A model generated the notes under the pieces. That model was not told where the DNA came from. It worked only from the letters and a program-made list of their open reading frames with translations, and did not search any database. The translations under genes were made by a program, and so were the position numbers. From Thermoleophilia bacterium (GTDB lineage: Bacteria > Actinomycetota > Thermoleophilia > Solirubrobacterales > 70-9), in contig JAENXK010000015.1 in the NCBI GenBank assembly GCA_016649615.1, positions 3,704 through 27,703 on the forward strand: a stretch of 24,000 nt of DNA. The letters are read 5' to 3'. This document shows, one piece after another, positions 7,818 through 14,976 of the stretch (the first letter of the stretch is position 1; each line of letters starts with the position of its first letter).

Positions 7818-8300
7818 TCAGTGCCGGGAGGAGCGCCCGGCGAGCAGGTCCAGCGCGTGGGGAATGGCCCCGGCGATCGCTTCACCGGCTTCGACCACGG
7901 CTTTCGGGCTGCCCGGAAAATTGATGATCAAAGTCGTGCCACGGGTTCCGGCGACCGCACGGGAGAGCATCCAGTGCGGCGTGTGCCCGCGCGAGGCGCA
8001 CCGCATCGCCTCGGCGATTCCGGGCGCTTCGCGATCGATCACGGCCCGAGTCGCTTCGGGGGTGAGGTCATCGGTGGAGAACCCGGTGCCACCCGTCGTC
8101 AGCACGAGATCGCACCCGGCCTCATCGCACCAGTACCGCAGCCGCTCTTCGATCAGGCCCCGATCGTCCGGGACCAATTCCCTTCCGGTGACCTCGGCAC
8201 CGAGCCCTCTCGCAAATTCGGCCAGGCAGGCACCGCTTTCGTCCTCACCATCCCCCGTCGACCTGGAACTGCTGACGGTGATGACGGCCGCGTGCGCCAT
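7818..8300 (-). CDS. moaB: MogA/MoaB-family molybdenum cofactor biosynthesis protein
   Basis: 160 aa with the MoCF_biosynth-domain signature LVLTTGGTGFSTDDLTPEA, plus FPGSPKA. Confidence 0.85.
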   Translation of the reverse strand: MAHAAVITVSSSRSTGDGEDESGACLAEFARGLGAEVTGRELVPDDRGLIEERLRYWCDEAGCDLVLTTGGTGFSTDDLTPEATRAVIDREAPGIAEAMRCASRGHTPHWMLSRAVAGTRGTTLIINFPGSPKAVVEAGEAIAGAIPHALDLLAGRSSRH

Positions 8301-8303
8301 CGG

Positions 8304-8804
8304 TCAGGCGCCCTCGTGATCAGCCAGCCGCCAGTCGCTCCGGCCGCCCCGCTTTTCCAGCAGGACGACCTCGTCGATCCGCACCCCGCGCTCAACCCCC
8401 TTGACCATGTCGTAGACCGTCAGAGCCGCCACCGCACAAGCCGCCATCGCCTCCATCTCGACCCCGGTGCGGGAGACGGTGCGGGCCTCGCCGATCAGCT
8501 CGACCAGGCCGCCCTCCACGTCGACCCGGGCCGTGACATCGGCAAAGGTGAGCGGAATGGGATGAGCCAGCGGAATCAGATTTCCGGTCTGCTTGGCCGC
8601 CTGGATCCCGGCCAGCCGGGCCACGCCCAGAACCTCTCCCTTCGGTCCGCCGCCTGTCTCGACGGCGGCAGCCGTTTCCGGCGACATCGTCAGCCTGGCC
8701 CGCGCCCGGGCGACCCGCTCGCTCTCCGGTTTCTCACCGACGTCGACCATGCGGGCCCGCCCTTTCCCGTCGAGGTGGGTCAGCCGAACCGGATCACTGC
8801 TCAT
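8304..8804 (-). CDS. moaC: Cyclic pyranopterin monophosphate synthase MoaC
   Basis: LTHLDGKGRARMVDVGEKP...KGEVLGVARLAGIQAAKQTGNLIPLAHPIPL...GVEMEAMAA matches the MoaC pattern. I chose the ATG at 8804, which forms an ATGA overlap with the upstream gene's stop. The 203-aa ORF-track version adds an Arg-rich, unconserved-looking N-terminus. Confidence 0.9.
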   Translation of the reverse strand: MSSDPVRLTHLDGKGRARMVDVGEKPESERVARARARLTMSPETAAAVETGGGPKGEVLGVARLAGIQAAKQTGNLIPLAHPIPLTFADVTARVDVEGGLVELIGEARTVSRTGVEMEAMAACAVAALTVYDMVKGVERGVRIDEVVLLEKRGGRSDWRLADHEGA

Positions 8805-9544
8805 GTCGGGACGCGGTTTACGCCTGGAGTCGGGCCGCAAGCGGAATCCGGCTCGTCGAGTCCCCCAACCGGCGACGAGGCACTCTCCAGCGGAGCCGGC
8901 GTACCTTCGACCCATTCAGGGGGACCTCCCGCCGGAATCTCGCGTTTCCAGACCGGGGCTTCGGCCTTTATCCGGTCGATCGCCTCGCGGGCGCCGGCAA
9001 ACGCCTCTTCACGGTGCGGCGCGGATGCGGCGACGATCACCCCGGGCTCGCCGAGGGGGACCGCTCCGATCCGGTGTTCCGCCGCAGCCCCCTCCAATTG
9101 ATGCCGGCTGACGCACTCGGAAAGGATCGCGGTCATCTTCTGCTCGGCCATCTCGGCGTAGGCCTCATAGTCGAGACGACTGACCTCGCGGGTCACGCCC
9201 TGGAAAGTCACTATCGCTCCGGCCCGCGGGCCGGCGACCTCCGCGGTCACTGTTTCAAGCGAGAGCGGCCGCTCGGTGACCACTGCGTGGGGAGCCGACC
9301 CGCCACTGATCGGAGGTACCAGGGCGAGTTCGTCCCCGGGGTTGAGTTCCATCTCGGGAGCTGCGTAGATCCGGTTCACCGCTAGTCGTACCGGAAGGCG
9401 TTCAAACAGGTCACCGAGCCCCGCACAGCGGGCGACCTCGGCCATGGCGTCGGAGGCGGTGGCCCCGTCGGCCAGATCGATTTCGATCGAATCGGCACCG
9501 GCCCGCTCCCTGAGCGTGGCGAACAGTCTTACCCGATGGTTCAT
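8801..9544 (-). CDS. moaX: Fused molybdopterin synthase, MoaD (sulfur carrier) plus MoaE (catalytic), MoaX-like
   Basis: From the ATG at 9544: an 82-aa MoaD-like part, MNHRVRLFATLRE...ELALVPPISGG, ending in Gly-Gly (codons 9299-9304). It continues directly into a MoaE-like part (IVTFQGVTRE...YEAYAEMAEQ...GEPGVIVAASAPHREEAF...IKAEAPVWKRE). ATGs at 9553 and 9562 are alternative starts. Confidence 0.85.
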   Translation of the reverse strand: MNHRVRLFATLRERAGADSIEIDLADGATASDAMAEVARCAGLGDLFERLPVRLAVNRIYAAPEMELNPGDELALVPPISGGSAPHAVVTERPLSLETVTAEVAGPRAGAIVTFQGVTREVSRLDYEAYAEMAEQKMTAILSECVSRHQLEGAAAEHRIGAVPLGEPGVIVAASAPHREEAFAGAREAIDRIKAEAPVWKREIPAGGPPEWVEGTPAPLESASSPVGGLDEPDSACGPTPGVNRVPT

Positions 9545-9554
9545 CTGACCCATG

Positions 9555-10781
9555 CTAACCATGCCCGATCAGTTCCACCTCGACCGTCTCGCCGGCCTCG
9601 ATGGTTCCCTCCCCCGGAGGCACCAGGACGAGGCCATCGGCTCCGAGCATCGAGGTCAGGATGTGGGAGCCCTGGGCGCCGGTCGGCTCGGCCGTCCAGC
9701 CCCCTTCGCCCGGCTCGATCCGGCACCGGACCGCTTCGGTCCGACCGGGCGTCTGGGCGCGGTCCGCCGCCAGGCGCGCCCGGATTCTCCGGCGGTCGGG
9801 CAGACCGCCACCGAGGGCGGTCAGCGCCGGACGTGCCAGCAGCAGAAAGGTGACCATCGCAGAGACCGGATTGCCCGGAAGCCCGAATGCCAGAGTCTCC
9901 CCGCGCCGGCCGAACCAGGTCGGCTTGCCGGGCTTCAGGGCGATCCGCCAGAACCGCTGCTCGAAACCGAGGTCGATCAGCGCTCCCTTGACGTGATCGT
10001 GTTCACCGACCGAAACCCCACCGCAGACCACGACGAGATCGGCCGCGACCGCCGCCCCGATCGCTTCCCGGGTCGCGGCCGGTTCGTCCCGGACGATCTC
10101 GTTGAGGACGACCTCTGCCCCGGACTCCCGGACCAGTCCGGATATCGAGAACGAATTGGAGTTGCGCACCGCCCCGGGCCGCATCGGATCACCCGGACCG
10201 ATCAGCTCGTCACCGCTACTCAGGACCGCGACCCGGGGACGGCGATAGCAGGACACGCTTCCAGCGCCGACCGAGGCCAACACCCCCTGTTCCGCCGGGC
10301 CGATCACTGTTCCGGAAGAGATCACCTCCGAACCGGGCGCGACATCCTCGCCGGGCCGCCTGATGTGCAGTCCGGGCGGCGGGTCGACCCCGATCCCGAC
10401 CCGGCCTTTTTCCCGAACGGCGTCTTCGAGCGGTACCACCGAATCGGCCCCTTCCGGAATGACCGCCCCGGTCGAAATCGTCATCGCCTGCCCGGGGTCC
10501 AGACCGGCCTCGGATGGATGGCCGGCCCGGGACTCGCCGGCCAGTTCAAGCCAGACCGGTCTCTCCCCGCGAGCGCCGGTAGTGTCGGCGGAGCGGACCG
10601 CGAAGCCGTCCATCGCCGAGTTGTCGAAGGCCGGAACCGGATCGGTGCTCCTCACCGGGCCCGCAACCCTTCTCCCGAGGGAGCGGGCGAGCTCAACGGC
10701 CTCCGATTCGAGTGGAGTGATCGGGTCGAGTACCGCGGCGCGTGCCGCTTCGAGTTCGATCAGCGCTTGGGGGGCCACCAT
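9555..10781 (-). CDS. moeA: Molybdopterin molybdenumtransferase MoeA
   Basis: MoeA blocks are present: NSAMDGFAVR, VCGGVSVGEHD, LPGNPVSAMVTF. I chose the ATG at 10781 (GAAGGTG just upstream). The 20 codons of the longer ORF (to 10841) have only about 50% GC3, which looks non-coding in this genome. Confidence 0.9.
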   Translation of the reverse strand: MVAPQALIELEAARAAVLDPITPLESEAVELARSLGRRVAGPVRSTDPVPAFDNSAMDGFAVRSADTTGARGERPVWLELAGESRAGHPSEAGLDPGQAMTISTGAVIPEGADSVVPLEDAVREKGRVGIGVDPPPGLHIRRPGEDVAPGSEVISSGTVIGPAEQGVLASVGAGSVSCYRRPRVAVLSSGDELIGPGDPMRPGAVRNSNSFSISGLVRESGAEVVLNEIVRDEPAATREAIGAAVAADLVVVCGGVSVGEHDHVKGALIDLGFEQRFWRIALKPGKPTWFGRRGETLAFGLPGNPVSAMVTFLLLARPALTALGGGLPDRRRIRARLAADRAQTPGRTEAVRCRIEPGEGGWTAEPTGAQGSHILTSMLGADGLVLVPPGEGTIEAGETVEVELIGHG

Positions 10782-10827
10782 TTCACCTTCGCCGGGAGGA
10801 TAGAGAGAAGGTGCCAGACTGGCCCCG

Positions 10828-11442
10828 GTGAGAGCCCGCAAGAACCGGAACGAGCAGCGTGCCCGCGAAGCGATCGTCGCCGTCCTGGCCGGAGGACGGG
10901 CCAGTCGGCTGGGTGGCGCAAAGGCGACGGCCGAGCTGGCCGGCCGGCCGCTGATCGAGTATCCGCTGAGCGCGGCGGATCAGGCCGGGCTCGCCACGAT
11001 CGTGGTCGCCAAGGCCGACTCCCCGCTCCCCCCGATCGATCGCGAAATCGTGATCGAGCCCGATCTTCCCCGTCACCCACTAGCCGGAGTTGTCGCCGCC
11101 CTCGAAGTCGGCAGGGACCGCCCCGTCCTGGTGCTCGGATGCGACTTGCCGCTGATCGGCCCGGAACTGCTCCGGTGGCTCGCCGGCCAGTCCGGACCGG
11201 TGGTCGTACCGCTGGCCGAAGGCCACCTTCAGCCGCTTGCCGCCCTCTATCGCCCCGAGATCCTGCCGGCCCTCCGGGCCGGGCTCGAAGCCGCGGTTTC
11301 GCTGAAGGACCTGGTCGTTTCGCTCGATCCGCGGATCGTCGGCGAAGAGGAGCTGGCGCCCTTCGGCGACCCGGCCGAGATGTTCGCCAACGTCAATACG
11401 CCGGAAGACCTCCGGCGGGTGACCGCCCTGCTCGGCGGGTGA
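10828..11442 (+). CDS. mobA: Molybdenum cofactor guanylyltransferase MobA
   Basis: IVAVLAGGRASRLGGAKA nucleotide-binding loop and a later LGCDLPLI block. GTG start. It is divergent from moeA with only a ~46-nt spacer. This is the only + strand gene between 7095 and the window end. Confidence 0.8.
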   Translation: MRARKNRNEQRAREAIVAVLAGGRASRLGGAKATAELAGRPLIEYPLSAADQAGLATIVVAKADSPLPPIDREIVIEPDLPRHPLAGVVAALEVGRDRPVLVLGCDLPLIGPELLRWLAGQSGPVVVPLAEGHLQPLAALYRPEILPALRAGLEAAVSLKDLVVSLDPRIVGEEELAPFGDPAEMFANVNTPEDLRRVTALLGG

Positions 11443-11455
11443 CCGCCGGTCGGGT

Positions 11456-11662
11456 CTACTCGACGCCCCTGGCAACCGGGATCCACTCCGCCACGGGCAG
11501 GTCGGTCTGCCCGGCCATCCAGCAGGCGACCGGTGCCGCCGTCCTCTCGGAGGCGTGAGCGGCGACTCCGGCCAGCTCGAGGATCGCCTCGACCTGCTCC
11601 GGGGTCGGGGGCTGCACGCCGGTCAGCTCGGAAAATTTCTCGATCCACTCGTCACGGGTCAC
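11456..11662 (-). CDS. Small conserved hypothetical protein, DUF6457-like
   Basis: 68 aa with a GTG start, preceded by AAGGAGG at 5-nt spacing (+ strand cctcctt at 11668-11674). Very high GC3. The sequence (DEWIEKFSELTGV...VEAILELAGVAAHASERTAAPVACWMAG) matches my recollection of the small actinobacterial family usually found beside mobA. This is recollection, not a verified hit. Confidence 0.6.
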   Translation of the reverse strand: MTRDEWIEKFSELTGVQPPTPEQVEAILELAGVAAHASERTAAPVACWMAGQTDLPVAEWIPVARGVE

Positions 11663-11704
11663 AAATGCCTCCTTGGTTCGTCGGCGGATAACGGGACGTT
11701 CTGA

Positions 11705-12838
11705 TCATGACTGCTCAGAGTTGTGAGGGCCACGGGCGATCAACCTGGTCGCCGTCGCTTTCCAGGCGGCGGTCAAATCCATTCCGGGGCAGATTCCCAT
11801 GGCTTCAGCCGACCGCGCCGTGATTTCGGCAGTCACCGGCTGCGGAATCACCAGGCCGACCCTGGCCCGGTTGCCGATCGGCGTGACTGATCTCACTTTC
11901 CCGGCGAGCCGGTTGAGGGCCGAATCCCGAGGCGTCTCCCCCGGCATCTCGAGCGAAATCTCCCACGGAAAGACACTGACCGCGACCCTGCCGCTCGCCC
12001 GGTCGACGCTTCGAAGCGTCCCCCCTCCATCGGCCGCGACAACGGTCAGGCCGCGTTCGGTTCCGGTGACCTCCCCTTCGATCACCGCCGCGCCGGTGAG
12101 GTCGGCCACGAAACGGGATTCGGGGCGGGCCGAGATGTCGGCCGGGCTCCCGGTCTGAACGATCTCGCCCCGGTCGAGCACGGCGATCCGGTCACCGAGC
12201 ACCGCCGCCTCGTCGAAGGAGTGGGTCACGATCACCGCCGGCCCGCCCGACTCCGACAGCGCCAGATCGAGCTGCTGCATCGAGTTCGCCCGGGTGGCCG
12301 GATCCAGGGCCGAGAGCGGTTCGTCAAACAACAGAATTCGAGGATCGGATGCCAGGGTCCGGGCCAGCGCCACGCGCTGCCGCTCCCCACCAGAAAGTGT
12401 CTCCGGAATCTCCCCGGCGAGTCCGTCCGCCCCGAACCTGGCGAGCAGTTCCACCGCGCGGCGGCGTCGGGCCGCTCGCGGCCGGGATCGCATTCCGTAA
12501 GCGACGTTTCGCCAGGATTTCATTCCCGGGAACAACGCGTAGTCCTGGAACAGGTAGCCGCAGCGCCGCCGCTCCGGAACCAGGTCGACTCCCTTCTCGG
12601 AATCGAAAAGCGGGTCCGGACCGAGCGTGATCCGCCCGCGGTCCGGGCGCCGCAGCCCGGCTATCAGTCTGAGCAGGGTCGTTTTGCCGGCACCGGACGG
12701 TCCGACGATCGCGAGCCGCTCGCCGGGCTCGACCCGGAACCCGGCGTCGAACGAGAAATCGCGCAGCCGGGACAGCACCGAAACCTCGAGCCGCCCGTCT
12801 GATTTCCGGTCGGAACCGGCCGGGGAGACGGTGCTCAC
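11705..12838 (-). CDS. modC: Molybdate ABC transporter ATP-binding protein ModC with C-terminal TOBE-like domain
   Basis: Walker A GPSGAGKTT, LSGGERQRVALAR, Walker B LLFDEPLSALD, plus a C-terminal beta-rich TOBE-like tail. 4-nt overlap with modB. Confidence 0.85.
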   Translation of the reverse strand: MSTVSPAGSDRKSDGRLEVSVLSRLRDFSFDAGFRVEPGERLAIVGPSGAGKTTLLRLIAGLRRPDRGRITLGPDPLFDSEKGVDLVPERRRCGYLFQDYALFPGMKSWRNVAYGMRSRPRAARRRRAVELLARFGADGLAGEIPETLSGGERQRVALARTLASDPRILLFDEPLSALDPATRANSMQQLDLALSESGGPAVIVTHSFDEAAVLGDRIAVLDRGEIVQTGSPADISARPESRFVADLTGAAVIEGEVTGTERGLTVVAADGGGTLRSVDRASGRVAVSVFPWEISLEMPGETPRDSALNRLAGKVRSVTPIGNRARVGLVIPQPVTAEITARSAEAMGICPGMDLTAAWKATATRLIARGPHNSEQS

Positions 12839-13644
12839 GAGCCCGCCCGATCGAGCCCGCGGTCGGCGCCGAAAAGCTTCACCGAGAGCAGGATCAGCGC
12901 CGCGACGGCGATAAGCACAGCCGAGATCGCCAGCGCGGCGGTGAAACCATCCGGGTCGGAGAACCGCGAGAAGATTGCCAGCGGTGCGGTCTGAGTCACT
13001 CCCTGGAGCGACCCGGCAAACATCAGGGTCGCTCCGAACTCGCCCAGAGCCCGGCCCCAGGCCAGGGCCAGGCCGGATGAAAGTCCGGGGCGCGCCCCGG
13101 GTACCGCCACCGAGACGAAAGTCCGAAACGGCCCGGCCCCGAGAGTGCGTGACGCCTCGAGCCGGCCGCGGTCGAGAGAGGCGAAAGCGGCGACCGCCTG
13201 ACGGAGGTAAAAGGGCGCAGCGACGAAGATGAGAGCGACGATCACGCCGGCGGTCTGCAGCACCAACTCGATCCCGGCATCACTGATCCAGACTCCGAAT
13301 ATCCCCTGCGGTCCGAAGGCGGCAAGAAGGGCGATGCCGGCGACTGCCGGGGGCATGACCAGAGGAAGCTCAATCAGGGTGAGGGCGAAAGAACGGCCGG
13401 GGAAATCCCTCCTGGCCAGGAAGTAGGCCGCCGGGGTGCCGACCACGATGATCACCAGCACCGCCACCACGGTGGTCCGGAGGCTGAGCCAGAGTGCGTC
13501 GAGTACAACCGGCTCACCCAGGGCGGCGATCAGCTGGGCCGGAGTAGTGTCGGCGAAGATCGCGACGGTCGGCAGGGTCAGGAAGAGCAGTGTCACGGCA
13601 AGCGCCAGGAAGGCGATCCGCCCGAACCAGGAGCCGAGGCTCAC
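12835..13644 (-). CDS. modB: Molybdate ABC transporter permease ModB
   Basis: Binding-protein-dependent permease with the EAA loop LEASRTLGAGPFRTFVSVAVPGARPG. Overlaps modA and modC by 4 nt each. Confidence 0.9.
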   Translation of the reverse strand: MSLGSWFGRIAFLALAVTLLFLTLPTVAIFADTTPAQLIAALGEPVVLDALWLSLRTTVVAVLVIIVVGTPAAYFLARRDFPGRSFALTLIELPLVMPPAVAGIALLAAFGPQGIFGVWISDAGIELVLQTAGVIVALIFVAAPFYLRQAVAAFASLDRGRLEASRTLGAGPFRTFVSVAVPGARPGLSSGLALAWGRALGEFGATLMFAGSLQGVTQTAPLAIFSRFSDPDGFTAALAISAVLIAVAALILLSVKLFGADRGLDRAGS

Positions 13645-14441
13645 CCGCCCGGCGGCAGAAACCCGGCCTGCCCCAGCCGCACCGCTCCCTCACCCCCTGT
13701 GAGGCCGTTCAGGTACCGGCGGGCGAGGTCCGGCTCGGGGGCCCCTCTGACCACCGCGCCCGCGTAGGCGATGCGAGGCTGAATTTTTCCCGGGATCGGG
13801 ATCGCCTCGAGGAGGCCCCCGACAGCGCGCACATCGGTCCGGTAGACGATCCCGGCGTCGGCGGCCCCCCGGACCAGTTTGGCGGTGATCGAACCAGCCT
13901 CCGGTTCGCGTGAAGCGGTGTTGGCGAGGATCTTTTCCCGCTCTTCCGGCGCGAGTTCGGCCAGCAGCCTGTCGGAATAGATGCCGACCGGGACGCTGGA
14001 GTCGCCGAGAATCACCGAGCGGTCCGGAGCGGTCAGATCGGCGAGGCCGTCGATCCCGCTACCGGCCGGTGCCGCGATCACGAGTCGGTTGGAGGCGAAA
14101 ACCCGCGGCCGCTCGAGCAGCCCTTCCCGGTGGAGCCGCCTCGGAAGCGCAGTATCGGCCGCGACATAAACGTCCGGTCTGGCTCCCTGCCGGATCTGGA
14201 CCGCCAGCAGGTCGGATCCGGCGAACGACTGGCGGACCTGCGTCGGCGGCAGCGTCCCGGCATAGTCGGCCAGCGCGGTCTGGAGCGAAGAGGCGGCCAG
14301 AACCGTGAGTCGCGGCCGGTCGTCCCCACCACCGGTCCCGCAGGCAGCGATCCCCATGCCGCCCAGGCCGACCAGCAGGGAGGCGAACAGAACCCGGATG
14401 ACCGGACCCGGGGATCTGTGAACCTTCCTGCGCCTAGTCAC
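13641..14441 (-). CDS. modA: Molybdate-binding lipoprotein ModA
   Basis: Signal peptide with lipobox IAAC-G. ModA-like blocks: LTVLAASSLQTAL, QSFAGSDLLAVQIRQGARPDVYVAAD. Confidence 0.85.
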   Translation of the reverse strand: MTRRRKVHRSPGPVIRVLFASLLVGLGGMGIAACGTGGGDDRPRLTVLAASSLQTALADYAGTLPPTQVRQSFAGSDLLAVQIRQGARPDVYVAADTALPRRLHREGLLERPRVFASNRLVIAAPAGSGIDGLADLTAPDRSVILGDSSVPVGIYSDRLLAELAPEEREKILANTASREPEAGSITAKLVRGAADAGIVYRTDVRAVGGLLEAIPIPGKIQPRIAYAGAVVRGAPEPDLARRYLNGLTGGEGAVRLGQAGFLPPGG

Positions 14442-14829
14442 CCGAATCGCCGCGGTCGATCATGACCGAGGTTGCCTTGACCATGGCGGTGGCCTTCACG
14501 CCCGGAGCCAGACCGAGTTCCTCTACCGAGTCCCGGGTGACCGCGGCGGTGATCAGATGCGGTCCCGCCTCGATCTCGACCAGGGCCATCACCCCGTCGG
14601 CCTCGACCGAGCGAACGACGCCCGCAAACCGGTTGCGGGCTGAAAATGTGTCACCGGTTTCGTGCCGGCCGGGGCTGCCCCGCAGGCGTTCGACCTCACT
14701 CACCGGGACCCGTCTCCGGTTTCGCTCATCGCGACCCGTCCTGATCTTGCCGGCCCGGTCCCAGCGCCGGACCGTGTCGGTGCTGACCCCCAGTTGCCGG
14801 GCGGCCTCGCCAATACTCAAATCGGTCAT
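14434..14829 (-). CDS. Molybdate-responsive regulator candidate: MerR/excisionase-type HTH fused to a TOBE (Mop) molybdate-binding domain
   Basis: The N-terminus LSIGEAARQLGVSTDTVRRWDRAGKI is an HTH_17-like motif. The C-terminus SARNRFAGVVRSVEADGVMALVEIEAG...ITAAVTRDSVEELGLAPGVKATAMVKATSVMI is a single TOBE/Mop fold pattern. It overlaps modA by 8 nt. Confidence 0.8.
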   Translation of the reverse strand: MTDLSIGEAARQLGVSTDTVRRWDRAGKIRTGRDERNRRRVPVSEVERLRGSPGRHETGDTFSARNRFAGVVRSVEADGVMALVEIEAGPHLITAAVTRDSVEELGLAPGVKATAMVKATSVMIDRGDSGD

Positions 14830-14850
14830 TGCCTAGGCACTATATAGGCA
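14830..14850. promoter_or_regulatory. Perfect palindromic operator candidate abutting the regulator start codon, with an embedded -10-like TATAGT
   Basis: TGCCTA-GGCACTATA-TAGGCA has 6-bp perfect arms and a 9-bp spacer. It contains the 8-bp palindrome CTATATAG (14840-14847) and CCTAGG. On the minus strand, TATAGT (14839-14844) lies 9 nt upstream of the ATG at 14829. That is consistent with a leaderless or near-leaderless transcript. Confidence 0.4.
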
Positions 14851-14855
14851 GAGCT

Positions 14856-14972
14856 ACCCAAGCGCGAGAGTCCGGCAGCGGCACGATCTCGATGAACCGG
14901 ACCTGATACCCGGCAGAGCGGGCGAAGTCGCAGAACCGCCCGACCTCCTCCGGCCGGACGTTCACCGGGACA
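14856..14972 (-). pseudogene. Relic fragment of a second moaA gene (internal ~39 codons only)
   Basis: Hand alignment: 14877-14951 versus 16249-16323 (inside the intact moaA) gives about 66/75 identical bases. The minus-strand translation ...VNVRPEEVGRFCDFARSAGYQVRFIEIVPLPDSRAWV... parallels MoaA ...VNAVAIRDFTEDEVGRFCEFARSTRYQVRFIEFMPLDGDRSWV..., with a 6-codon gap. There is no start, no radical-SAM Cys motif and no C-terminal domain. Confidence 0.6.
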
Positions 14973-14976
14973 TGGT

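Noticed and set aside
8805-8915. Extended N-terminus of moaC (203-aa version); likewise 10782-10841 for moeA and 3747-3884 for the SGNH hydrolase
   Set aside because: The extensions overlap neighbouring genes, precede the conserved N-terminal blocks, and (checked for moeA) have only about 50% GC3. Shorter starts give ATGA coupling or a plausible SD.
7821-9101. 426-aa + strand ORF opposite moaB/moaC/moaX; similar cases at 3547-4380 (-), 17903-18619 (+), 20021-20881 (+) and 20605-21375 (+)
   Set aside because: All lie antisense to genes with clear family signatures and show Arg/Pro-rich, motif-less translations. I rejected them as coding.
9552-11558. 668-aa + strand ORF, the longest in the track
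   Set aside because: It runs antisense to moeA and in a different frame through mobA. It is extremely Arg/Pro/Gly-rich with no recognisable motif. This is a typical shadow ORF of a high-GC genome, where stop codons are rare on the opposite strand.
14830-14976. Molybdenum-cofactor (Moco) riboswitch upstream of the mod or moa genes; I also looked at 10782-10827, 15742-15842 and 23329-23424
   Set aside because: None of the leaders is long enough for the ~130-nt Moco motif, and 14856-14972 is explained by the moaA relic. I cannot run a covariance model, so a cmsearch with the Moco_RNA_motif model would be the decisive check.
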